In this document: one piece after another, positions 10,223 through 19,588 of the stretch
Layout: each line of letters begins with the position of its first letter
Numbering within the stretch: position 1 is the first letter of the stretch
NCBI GenBank assembly: GCA_003402345.1
Contig: QFXH01000010.1
Location: forward strand, 5,409 to 69,408
Origin: Candidatus Nitrotoga sp. MKT
GTDB taxonomy: Bacteria > Pseudomonadota > Gammaproteobacteria > Burkholderiales > Gallionellaceae
Direction: 5' to 3'
Length of the DNA: 64,000 nucleotides
Program-made: the position numbers and the translations under genes
Notes under the pieces: generated by a model
The model's input: only the letters and a program-made list of their open reading frames with translations
What the model was told of the DNA's origin: nothing
Database searches by the model: none

Positions 10223-13200
10223 ATGATGTCGAACTTGCTTAAGATATTAAGGACGGTAACAACTAAAAAAATATTCGCGATACTTTTTGCGTTCTTCGTG
10301 TTTCATGCCACGATCTTTAAGACATACGCAGCGCCGATGCTCGACAGTTCGTTCGGAAGCAACGGCATCGCGCGCATCGGAGTGCCCGCCAGTGCGGAAG
10401 ATACGCCATCCGCGTCCGCCCTGCAGCGCGACGGCAAGTTGCTGCTTGCCGGTTTGACGATGGGACGGCAATCACGCATTTTTGTTCTCCGACTACTTTC
10501 GAACGGCGCCCCTGATGCCACGTTCGGCCAGAATGGCGTTGCCTTGTTCGATTTGCCCAATGTTTACAGAGTCCAACAAATTGAACAGGGTGCCGATGGA
10601 TCAATACTAATAAATGGATCAAGCGCAAGCGGCCTTGTGCTGACCCGGCTGACGGCGGCTGGCATGCTCGACACTCGCTTTGGCACGCAAGGTTTATTCA
10701 GTGCGGACGTAACCCCAGCGCGCTTCGTGCAACAGCCGGACGGCGGTTTACTGATCGTCTCGGACGCCACGCAAGTTTCGAACCCCGCGCCAGGGGAGCA
10801 ATTTGTATTGCGACTCACACGCCTTAATCCAGCCGGCGTGCGTGATTCGACCTATGCGCCGAACGGCGAAAAGATACTCAGCGGCTTGCCTTCGAATTTC
10901 TATATGGCCTCGGACGCCTCAGTTGTCGCCGAGCCGGATGGCGGCTTTACAGTTATGGCAAGAGCAACCATTAGCGGCGGCTCCTATCTGTTGGTTCGCA
11001 TAACGGCCGCTGGTACGCTCAATTTTGGCTTTGGAGAAGGTGGTTTTGTCAGGGGGTACACCGTAGACAACCACTTTGATAAACCGGCCGCAATGGTACG
11101 CACCGCTAATGGCGGATTGCTTTTGATAGGCGATGAAGTTACCCCCCCATCCTATCCCTTCGATACTACATCCGCGAGCACCAAGATCGTGTTGTGGCGA
11201 ATCACTGCCAGCGGCTTGGCCGATGCGTCTCTCGGTGCTGCCGGTCGACTTGAGATCGGCAGTGGCGACTCTGACGGTTTTCGATTGGCAGCGCTGAATG
11301 ATGGCAGTATCGCATTGGTCAATGTCGTCTCCACTGGTGAAACCACCGCTGCACACGTGAGTCGCCTCGATGCCAGCGGAGTCCTGGATAGTGCTTTTGG
11401 CTCTGCCGGCAGCACGACGATTGCACTTGCCGGCTACAGTGCGTTTTCCGCCATAGGCATCCTGCCAAATGGCGTAGGCGGCTTGTTGATACCCGCAGTG
11501 GCCGGACTGACCTTGGTATGCCGATTCGATTGCGTTCTTAGCGGCGCACATGCTGCTGTCGCAAGCCTCGATGGCAGCGGTCATCTTCAAACCAGCTATG
11601 GCCGAGGCGATGGCTTCTCTGTCGTAAACAACGTTAACAAATACAGCAATGACAAGATTGACGCGATACTAGTTGATACTTCAGAAAAAATTGTGCTTGC
11701 AGGTAGTTCAGATGCAGACGCAACCTTTGATTATTTGCTTGAACGCCTGACGGCAAATGGTGTCCCTGACGTCTCATTCGGGACGAACGGGCGCGCGGCA
11801 CCGAGGCAATTAATCCGTTTTAAGGGTAAAGTGCGTGCAGTAAAACAAGAAAGCGGTGCAATAACGGTCGTGACTGGAACTTCGGCCGGATCTCATGGCC
11901 AATTCGGCACCGTTACGGCGTTTCGGCTTGACTCTGCCGGGATACTCGACGCCGGATTCGCGCCCGCTCTTGCAGCACCGTCGTCAGGCAATACGGATAT
12001 TGCGTTAGGTGTGCGTCCAGATGGGCGCTTGCTTTACGGAACGACAGCGTACGACGGAACTGCAATTTTGCAACAAATAATGCCGGATGGCATGCCTGAT
12101 GTGAATTTCGGCGTAGGCGGTAAGATTGAATTCCCGTTGCCTGCTGGAGAGCAATCGCGACAGGCGGATCTGATTTCGCTTGGCGACGGCTCAGTGGTCT
12201 TTGCCGTGCTGACAGATCGGAACCTGCGTCTCTATAAGGTCGATGCGCATGGGTTGCCGGTAGCTTCGTTTGGTACGGTCGGTCAGTTTGCCTATGCTGC
12301 TGCGGATTTTGCTAATGCATACTCCATTGGAATACCATTCTCCTTGCTCTCACTAAGCGATGGCTCCCTGCTGGTTGGCATTCGCAACGTACCATCCGGT
12401 TCGCCAAGCGGATCGCTGCTCGTGATTCGGATTTCCAGTAATGGCACACTGATCGGAGCGAGCAATTTGTTGGCGGGTCAGGGTGAATTCAATTGGAGTG
12501 TTGCAGCACTACCCGACGCCAGTGTGGTGATAGCGGGCAACCGTTATGTTGGCACAACGAAATCGGCAGCGCTATATCGCCTGCTTCCGAATAACAGTCT
12601 GGATACAAGTTTTGGCGTCGGTGGAGCGTATCCGCTACCCGGCATGTTTAGCGTTGATGCGCTGGCGCTCGATGCTCATTCTCGTTTGCTCGTTGCGGGA
12701 CAGGATGCGACGAGCGCCGTTCTGGCTCGCTATGATCTAAGCGGAGCGCTCGCCAGCACACCTATCGTTGAGTTCTATAACACCCATCTGGATCATTATT
12801 TCATCACCGCCGACGCCAATGAAGCTGCGGGCATTGATGGAGGGAGCGCGGGGCCCGGCTGGATTCGCACCGGAAATAGTTTCAAGTCGGGCGGCAGTAC
12901 GCCCGTTTGCCGGTTCTACGGTAGCCAGGTTCCTGGCCCCAATTCGCATTTCTATACTGTAGCAGGCGCTGAATGTGATGGCCTTAAGCAGCTTCAGGCC
13001 ATTACACCCTCCACGCAGAAGCGCTGGAATTTTGAAAGCCTGGATTTTATTTCAACTCCGCCAACCAATGGCACATGTCCGACCGGTACAACGCCGGTCT
13101 ATCGAGCTTATAACAATGGGTTTGCCCGCGGTGTCGACAGCAACCATCGCTTTTCCAGTGATGCAACAGCTATCCAGGAAGTCGTCACGCGTGGCTGGAT

Positions 13201-13231
13201 CAATGAGGGTGTGGCTATGTGCGCCCCCTAA
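10223..13231 (+). CDS. secreted delta-60 repeat protein with C-terminal DUF5648-like domain
   Basis: Signal peptide; many LDxxFGxxG / QxDGKLLLAG repeats; C-terminal VEFYN..LDHYFIT...GW.RTG..F...CRFYG..PNSHFYT...YRAYNN...NHR. Confidence 0.8.
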   Translation: MMSNLLKILRTVTTKKIFAILFAFFVFHATIFKTYAAPMLDSSFGSNGIARIGVPASAEDTPSASALQRDGKLLLAGLTMGRQSRIFVLRLLSNGAPDATFGQNGVALFDLPNVYRVQQIEQGADGSILINGSSASGLVLTRLTAAGMLDTRFGTQGLFSADVTPARFVQQPDGGLLIVSDATQVSNPAPGEQFVLRLTRLNPAGVRDSTYAPNGEKILSGLPSNFYMASDASVVAEPDGGFTVMARATISGGSYLLVRITAAGTLNFGFGEGGFVRGYTVDNHFDKPAAMVRTANGGLLLIGDEVTPPSYPFDTTSASTKIVLWRITASGLADASLGAAGRLEIGSGDSDGFRLAALNDGSIALVNVVSTGETTAAHVSRLDASGVLDSAFGSAGSTTIALAGYSAFSAIGILPNGVGGLLIPAVAGLTLVCRFDCVLSGAHAAVASLDGSGHLQTSYGRGDGFSVVNNVNKYSNDKIDAILVDTSEKIVLAGSSDADATFDYLLERLTANGVPDVSFGTNGRAAPRQLIRFKGKVRAVKQESGAITVVTGTSAGSHGQFGTVTAFRLDSAGILDAGFAPALAAPSSGNTDIALGVRPDGRLLYGTTAYDGTAILQQIMPDGMPDVNFGVGGKIEFPLPAGEQSRQADLISLGDGSVVFAVLTDRNLRLYKVDAHGLPVASFGTVGQFAYAAADFANAYSIGIPFSLLSLSDGSLLVGIRNVPSGSPSGSLLVIRISSNGTLIGASNLLAGQGEFNWSVAALPDASVVIAGNRYVGTTKSAALYRLLPNNSLDTSFGVGGAYPLPGMFSVDALALDAHSRLLVAGQDATSAVLARYDLSGALASTPIVEFYNTHLDHYFITADANEAAGIDGGSAGPGWIRTGNSFKSGGSTPVCRFYGSQVPGPNSHFYTVAGAECDGLKQLQAITPSTQKRWNFESLDFISTPPTNGTCPTGTTPVYRAYNNGFARGVDSNHRFSSDATAIQEVVTRGWINEGVAMCAP

Positions 13232-13280
13232 AGCCAGCGGTTTAAACCTTGTAATTAATCATTAACAACGACAAAAACTT

Positions 13281-14135
13281 ATGAAAAAATCAAATTTCTT
13301 TGAACTGATTTGGGCATCAGCGATATATATATTGGTGGCCAGCGCAAATGCAACACCCATGAACAAATCCCAGGAAGATAACGTTCAGCAATCTCAAGGG
13401 ATAAGCATACAAAAACCGATTCGAGAAACCGTGATAATAACGGATGAGGAATTAACAAAGCTTGCGGCAAACCATAGTGGTAATTGCAATGCCGCGCCTG
13501 ACCCTGCAAAAACGCAATACATTATTGGCTATGGTAGCTTGATGCAAGATGAATCACGTAAACGGACGACGCCCAACGCTAACATTGCTTATCCCGTTAA
13601 GGTCAATGGGTATCAACGTGGCTGGTTTACTAAAGGCAGCGGGGTTGGTTTTAGCACCACTTTTTTGGGTGTCGTACAGAACAAAGAGCGTATGCTGAAT
13701 GCCGCAATTTATATTATCGATGCAACAGAAATCACCACTATGGATAAACGGGAATTTTCTTATTGTCGATTAGCAGTAGAACCAGAAAACTATTCATTAC
13801 TTAAGCAAGACATTCCGCTGTCACCCGGACAAACCTGGATTTATGTCAATAAACCAGAAACCATTGCTACAGCAAACAAACGCTATCCCATTGTTCAATC
13901 TTATGTGGATATTTTTTTATCCGGCTGCCTGGAACTGGAACAACGTTTTGAACTAAAAGATTTTGCCAAGCAGTGTCTTGTTACCACGAGTAATTGGTCA
14001 ACTCAGTGGGTAAATGATCGCATTTATCCACGGCGTCCTTTTATCTATCAACCCAAAGCCGGGCGAATTGACCAGCTTCTCAAAGAACATCTGCCACAGT
14101 ATTTTCAGCATATCCATATTGAGCAATCGGAATAA
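13281..14135 (+). CDS. exported gamma-glutamylcyclotransferase-like (GGCT/ChaC fold) protein
   Basis: Signal peptide, YIIGYGSLM loop, D.RE..Y. Confidence 0.65.
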   Translation: MKKSNFFELIWASAIYILVASANATPMNKSQEDNVQQSQGISIQKPIRETVIITDEELTKLAANHSGNCNAAPDPAKTQYIIGYGSLMQDESRKRTTPNANIAYPVKVNGYQRGWFTKGSGVGFSTTFLGVVQNKERMLNAAIYIIDATEITTMDKREFSYCRLAVEPENYSLLKQDIPLSPGQTWIYVNKPETIATANKRYPIVQSYVDIFLSGCLELEQRFELKDFAKQCLVTTSNWSTQWVNDRIYPRRPFIYQPKAGRIDQLLKEHLPQYFQHIHIEQSE

Positions 14136-14188
14136 TCATGCCAAATATTTTCTAATACGTTACGAAAAACCGTAAGATGGTTCCCCTT

Positions 14189-15145
14189 TCACTTTTCAGG
14201 TAGCTCACTCTTATTGGCGCTCCAGTAGGTGATCGGGCTCCAAAACGACGGCCCTTCGTTACCGATTGGCCCGACGTCGCAATTACCGCAGACAGACATT
14301 GCTACGCGATTATCTGTCTGCTGCTGCTTGAACTTACGACGTGCTTCACCGACTAAAATGTCACTGAATTTCTGTGTCATGAGATTGCCCAATACACCAG
14401 CTTTCGGATGCATACAGCAGGGTACCACCGTACCATCGGCATCAACATATAGCTGATTGATTTCACCAAACCAGGGATGTGCATCGAATTCTTTGGCGTC
14501 AGCCACAAATGTACAAGAACCGCGTGGCACCGTGAGCGAGCGCCCGGTTTTATTCTCCTGTGCTTGCGGCAGCGCCATCCAACGCCTGAATTCCGGAGTC
14601 CAGCCGCGCGGGCGCAACACAGATTCCCATCGGCGCGCATCTTCCTCAGAATGAATGACGGTTCGCGTCAAAAGCTGCATCCCGGGCGCCCACCGGTCCC
14701 GTAAGCTGGCCGCTCGCTCCAGAAACTCAATTAGCTTTCCCCACTTCGACGGCGGACGTAAATGCTCGTAGCTTTCTGGCGTGCCATTACCATCACAACT
14801 CACAAACAGCTTGGTGACAACCTCTAACTTAAGCATTTCCTCAAAGTCATCCCAATAAACTTTTTGGGCGTTGGTGCTGATTTCGACGACAGACACCTTC
14901 CAGCTCTGCTTAGGAATTTGCGCAACGATCGACGAAAGTTGCTTATGCAACAAAGGCTCCCCATAATTAAAAAGACGCAACGAGTGGATACGCTCGACAT
15001 CCATGTTGCCCAGGCAGCGGGCAAAATCATCTACCGAGATACGATAGATTTCTGGCTCCAGCGTCGAATTTGGACAACCTACACATTTTAACTGGCAGCC
15101 GTGTACGATATCAAAATGAACGGAGTAGAGGTGCTTCGGGTGCAT
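14189..15145 (-). CDS. radical SAM protein with SPASM/Twitch domain
   Basis: CQLKCVGC (CxxxCxxC), NYGEPLLH, STN, C-terminal DGTVVPCC...GNL...C.NC. Confidence 0.87.
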   Translation of the reverse strand: MHPKHLYSVHFDIVHGCQLKCVGCPNSTLEPEIYRISVDDFARCLGNMDVERIHSLRLFNYGEPLLHKQLSSIVAQIPKQSWKVSVVEISTNAQKVYWDDFEEMLKLEVVTKLFVSCDGNGTPESYEHLRPPSKWGKLIEFLERAASLRDRWAPGMQLLTRTVIHSEEDARRWESVLRPRGWTPEFRRWMALPQAQENKTGRSLTVPRGSCTFVADAKEFDAHPWFGEINQLYVDADGTVVPCCMHPKAGVLGNLMTQKFSDILVGEARRKFKQQQTDNRVAMSVCGNCDVGPIGNEGPSFWSPITYWSANKSELPEK

Positions 15146-15446
15146 ATAACTCCTTGTAAATATAAAACTAATTCAGCGAAGTGACCAACGGAGGCCATTC
15201 CCCCGCATTAAGCCATTTTCAGCGCCATCAACGGACGGTTCCGGCGTACAAATCAGCGCTTATCATACATATGCGCTTCCGTACCCCACTCACTGCGTTG
15301 CGGCACTAACCAGCTTACCGAGCGAAAAAATCAATTTCGAAAGCATAAAGTAACCTGATAAAACAGATATTACACAAATCATACATGCCAATTGTGGGGC
15401 ATCTAGAATGTAACAATAACAACCCGCACCATTTCCTTACCCAAGT

Positions 15447-16664
15447 TCAATTATCCTCCTCTACGGCGATAAAACTGGCTCTTGTAGGTATCCATTCATG
15501 CTCTAAACGACATAAACCATAATCACGGGTTTGCCCAGTAATCCGCACCGTAGTATTCACCGTATCAAAAAGCCGCAAGCCTTCCGGATCCATGGCATGC
15601 GCACGGATGGTATATTTCCCCGGCAATAACTGAAGATTGGAAAGACGAACACAAAAACCAAATTGCGAAGGAGAAACTTTATTTAGAAGATATGTAGTTT
15701 CATTTGAATGGGTACCATAAATCGATGTTCCATCAGCCCGGGCAACACCAAACAAAATTACTGGCGGCCGCCCATCAGGAGAATACGCTACCCCACAAAG
15801 GTACAACGTCCCCCCCATTTCAACCACAGTAATTACTGCACCCAAATCATTTTCCAACCACAGCTTACGAATTTGGTATATCCCGCTCGGCTGCACCGCA
15901 CTTTCCATGTGCGCAGCTTTACTATTTTTCTCTTCGTGATAGGTCAAATATTCTCGCGTCACATCGAAGCTATTGCCATACATATGCATCTGTCCGTCAT
16001 GAATCCATACCGCTTTCTGGCACAGGGTCTGGATGTGGAACATACTATGCGAACACAGCAATAGTGTTCCACCTTGACTCAAATAACCTTCAATCCAGCG
16101 AATGCATTTTTTTTGAAATGATTCATCACCCACAGCCAATACTTCGTCAGTAATCAAAACATCCGGTTGCATGGCGGTTGCCACGGCAAAACCCAATCGA
16201 ACCACCATGCCAGACGAATAATGCTTAATCGGTTCTGCAATATGGGAGCCAATATCAGCAAATTCAATTATAGAATCCAGCTTGCTGTCGATTTCTGCAT
16301 TGCTCATACCCATCAACGCGGCCGCCAAATGGATATTTTCCAGACCACTATATTCGGGATGAAAACCGCTACCCAGCTCCAGTAACGCGCCAATTCGTCC
16401 ATTGACCACCACTCGGCCAGTAGAAGGCTTAACTACCCCGGCGATGATTTTCAAAAGCGTGGATTTACCCGCACCATTTTCACCGATTAAGCCTAGCGAT
16501 TCTCCTGCTTTCAGCTCCAGGTTAACCCCCTGCAGCGCGCAGAAACTCGGTGTTTCGCCACGCTTAAAAAGCAAAGCAGCAATCGTACGCAGCCGATTAC
16601 TACCCGTGGCTACGCTAGGATAACTCTTGCCGATATTACTTAGGCTGATAAGAGGTATTTGCAC
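15447..16664 (-). CDS. wzt: polysaccharide ABC exporter ATPase with Wzt C-terminal carbohydrate-binding domain
   Basis: [41 protein letters not shown]; about 160 aa beta-rich C-terminus. Confidence 0.9.
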   Translation of the reverse strand: MQIPLISLSNIGKSYPSVATGSNRLRTIAALLFKRGETPSFCALQGVNLELKAGESLGLIGENGAGKSTLLKIIAGVVKPSTGRVVVNGRIGALLELGSGFHPEYSGLENIHLAAALMGMSNAEIDSKLDSIIEFADIGSHIAEPIKHYSSGMVVRLGFAVATAMQPDVLITDEVLAVGDESFQKKCIRWIEGYLSQGGTLLLCSHSMFHIQTLCQKAVWIHDGQMHMYGNSFDVTREYLTYHEEKNSKAAHMESAVQPSGIYQIRKLWLENDLGAVITVVEMGGTLYLCGVAYSPDGRPPVILFGVARADGTSIYGTHSNETTYLLNKVSPSQFGFCVRLSNLQLLPGKYTIRAHAMDPEGLRLFDTVNTTVRITGQTRDYGLCRLEHEWIPTRASFIAVEEDN

Positions 16665-16740
16665 AATATCCGTGTCTGTTACAAATTAGAAGGAGATACA
16701 ATTTGGAGAAATATAGCCATGTTACCTATTCATTCACGCA

Positions 16741-17529
16741 CTAAATAAAATCCTCAAAATAGGGTGACAAGCGATTGAAAAACCAGCGCCCAGCCAAAAA
16801 AATCAACAAACTTCCAGCCAGCATTACCATATCCTGCCAGCCAATCTGATTATTACCAGTCATCAATAATCCGCGAATTCTGGCAACAAAAAAAGATAGT
16901 GGATTCAATGCAATAACCTGCTGTATCTGCTGCGGTACCAAACTGGCCGGATAAAGAACGGGGGTGGCGTAGAACCAAATCATGAATAACGGCGTCAAGA
17001 AGTGCTCAACATCCTTGAGCAACACTTGCAAAGCAGCAAGTATCAGCGCCAAGCCACTGGTGCATAATAGCTGCATACAAAATAACAACAACACCAATGG
17101 CAGAGATGAGAAGTACAGATCATTGCCGGTGAGCGCAAGCACCGCAATCACTAATAAAAAACCGATTACATGGACGGCATAAGTGGAAAGAACCGCACCA
17201 TACACCAGCAACTCATGCGGGAAAGCGACTTTCTTGATAAGACCTCCGCCATTCTGCACTGCCAACGCACCACGTTGCGCACCTTCCTGAAAGCACAACC
17301 ATGGCCATAGCCCTACCGCAACAAACAAAATAAAACTGTGGTCTTCCAGTTCGGGAAACTTTACCTTGAAAATAGCCGTGAATACCACCGCATACACCGC
17401 CAACAACGCCAGTGGGTGTAGTAGTGCCCAAAAAATTCCACTGACACTGCCTACATAACGGCTTTTAATCTCTCGCGATAGAAAATTAAGCAGCAGCCAG
17501 CGGTATGGCCACAAATTTTTTATCTGCAT
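16741..17529 (-). CDS. wzm: polysaccharide ABC exporter permease
   Basis: REIKSRY.GS..GIFWA.L.PL, WFYATPVLYP, LNPL, FF.RL...FED. Confidence 0.9.
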   Translation of the reverse strand: MQIKNLWPYRWLLLNFLSREIKSRYVGSVSGIFWALLHPLALLAVYAVVFTAIFKVKFPELEDHSFILFVAVGLWPWLCFQEGAQRGALAVQNGGGLIKKVAFPHELLVYGAVLSTYAVHVIGFLLVIAVLALTGNDLYFSSLPLVLLLFCMQLLCTSGLALILAALQVLLKDVEHFLTPLFMIWFYATPVLYPASLVPQQIQQVIALNPLSFFVARIRGLLMTGNNQIGWQDMVMLAGSLLIFLAGRWFFNRLSPYFEDFI

Positions 17530-17532
17530 AGA

Positions 17533-18486
17533 CTAATGTTTTGCGGCCTCGGATTTATTTATTTCTGATGGTTTAACACCACCTGATTTCGCATCAGGGT
17601 TTGTCCAGAACTGATTGACAGCCTCTTCATTTAATTTCAATGAGGGATCGGTCAGTATTCCACCGACAAGCGTTTTGCGGTATTCATTTAAATACTTCTC
17701 GCGCTCCCCCTGTATGATTTTCTCCTTCACCTCTTCAAATGAACGTACCAGCTTCGGTTTCTTTTCATTAAGCTGAATAATGTGAAAACCAAAAATTGTC
17801 TTCACCGGTTCGCTGATATCGCCTGGAGCACTGATGGCAAAAGCTGCGTCAGAAAATGGCTTGACCATTTTTCCTTCTTCAAAAAAACCAAGGTCACCTT
17901 TGTTCCCTTTAACACTCGGATCATCTGAATATTCCAGTGCTAGCTCTTCAAATTTTTTGCCACCAACCGCCTGCTCACGGACTTGCTTGATGCGCTGTAA
18001 CGCCTCTTCCGGCGTGCGGGTTTTAGTGTCCACCAGGATATGGGAAGCATGTACTTTCGTAGGCACAGTATATTTTTCGATATCAACCTGATACAACTCA
18101 CGGGCACGCGCGTCAAAGTTGGGTATCTTAATTTCCTTAGTGATACGACTGATTTGTTCCTGCGCCAGCAATTTATCAGCTGCCATTTCTATCTGTTTAC
18201 CCATCAGAGGTTCGCGATCAATTCCTACACTACGCGCTTGTACTGCCAATGTCTTATTAATCAGCATGCTCTCCAGTAATTTGGCAATCCGAGCCTTACT
18301 TGCTAGTACTTCCGCGCGATGCTCTAGTGGAATACGCAGTAAATCCGCCTCAAAGTCCAAGCTCGTAATTCTGACCTTGTCGGATTCGATTAAAATTTGT
18401 TCCGCACTTACAGCTGGAGCGGTAGAACAAACCATCACGACGAGCACCGTTAACTGCTTTAACAACATACGACCCATTATTCTCAA
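17533..18486 (-). CDS. exported PpiC/parvulin-type foldase
   Basis: Signal peptide, VHASHILV, FEELALEYSDD, KGDLGFF, MVKPF.DAAF, V.T.FGFHII. Confidence 0.85.
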   Translation of the reverse strand: MRIMGRMLLKQLTVLVVMVCSTAPAVSAEQILIESDKVRITSLDFEADLLRIPLEHRAEVLASKARIAKLLESMLINKTLAVQARSVGIDREPLMGKQIEMAADKLLAQEQISRITKEIKIPNFDARARELYQVDIEKYTVPTKVHASHILVDTKTRTPEEALQRIKQVREQAVGGKKFEELALEYSDDPSVKGNKGDLGFFEEGKMVKPFSDAAFAISAPGDISEPVKTIFGFHIIQLNEKKPKLVRSFEEVKEKIIQGEREKYLNEYRKTLVGGILTDPSLKLNEEAVNQFWTNPDAKSGGVKPSEINKSEAAKH

Positions 18487-18501
18487 CCTCGTGGTAAATT
18501 C

Positions 18502-18539
18502 AAAAAAATAAAAAACTCCTCCATCTTAAGATGGAGGAG
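18502..18539 (-). terminator. rho-independent terminator
   Basis: Perfect palindrome CTCCTCCATCTTAAGATGGAGGAG followed by a long T tract on the minus strand. Confidence 0.75.
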
Positions 18540-18574
18540 GGGAGAACACAAATACATTCAGACCTAGCAGTAAC

Positions 18575-19207
18575 CTACCACAGAGGTAAAAATATTTGTG
18601 TAGGCTTGCCTGCCTGTATTACCTTAAGGTACGCCATGTAACCCACCGCTTCAGCCTTTAGGTTATGAGGGATATTATTCCTTGTTTCAAAAGCATAATT
18701 CCATGCTCTAATATCTGCAAGGGGTGATAATGATGTCGGCGGAGTTGTTCTCGTACCTGGCACTTCTCCGCCTGTATTTGGCGTAACTATAATTTCTTTT
18801 GCAGCAGTGTTACCTTTGCCAATACTATTGATGCCAGCAACTGAATAAGTAGTAGTACTTGTTGGGCTAACAGTACGACTACCACCTGTAAAGGTGCTTC
18901 CAGTCCATTCATAAGAAGTGGCCGCAGGGCTACAACTTGCAATCAACGTGGAAGTCCCACCTGTGCTGATTGTAGAAGGTGAGGCAGTCAGTGTGCATGA
19001 TGGCGCTTCTGTAGGGGTTTGTGCTGTGTCCGTACAGGTTACTGTCAGATTGCCACTAGCATCCGCACTATAGCCAGTATAAGAAGAACACGAGTTTCCC
19101 GTTACTCCAGTCAAAGTCACCGTGCCAGCCAAAACCGAGCCTGAATTAACCATCATAAAAGTCAAAACAACAGACGCAATCTTTGTATTTATTAATTTAA
19201 AATTCAT
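18575..19207 (-). CDS. secreted Thr/Ser-rich protein with Ig-like domain
   Basis: GGAGG RBS, signal peptide, two Cys pairs, CTLTASP.TI..G..STL..SC and SPT.TTTYSV Ig-like pattern. Confidence 0.7.
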   Translation of the reverse strand: MNFKLINTKIASVVLTFMMVNSGSVLAGTVTLTGVTGNSCSSYTGYSADASGNLTVTCTDTAQTPTEAPSCTLTASPSTISTGGTSTLIASCSPAATSYEWTGSTFTGGSRTVSPTSTTTYSVAGINSIGKGNTAAKEIIVTPNTGGEVPGTRTTPPTSLSPLADIRAWNYAFETRNNIPHNLKAEAVGYMAYLKVIQAGKPTQIFLPLW

Positions 19208-19487
19208 GCTAACCTCCAAATAATATAGAGTTTAATTACCAGTTCGCGGAATCGCGCTTACATAAAAGCGAAGAGTGGTATGCAACACAACGTAAAAACA
19301 TAACAGATTTTCAATTCAAAAAACTTCATTTCAAATCGGACACCCTAGCTGATAGACACAATATAGGCATTAACATTTAGTAGCAAATCTATTCTGCTGG
19401 ATGGTAATAATATGGGAATGAATGGCGATTTTTAGCAAAAATTCGCATGGATACTTTTAAAGTTTAAATACATAACAATTTTTAATG

Positions 19488-19523
19488 AAAAACGGGAGCA
19501 GAATTTCTTCGTACTCCCGTTTT
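19488..19523 (-). terminator. terminator after the S-layer-like gene
   Basis: AAAACGGGAG...CTCCCGTTTT stem with T tract on the minus strand. Confidence 0.6.
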
Positions 19524-19588
19524 AACCAACACGCATAACCGCTACATGTTGACTCCTAGTAAAGACAACTAACTATTAAAGGCTATAT

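Noticed and set aside
15403-15432. Mini-ORF MVRVVIVTF resembling a GT2 glycosyltransferase first strand, just after wzt
   Set aside because: Only 9 codons, poor RBS spacing, no further GT-like sequence in any frame
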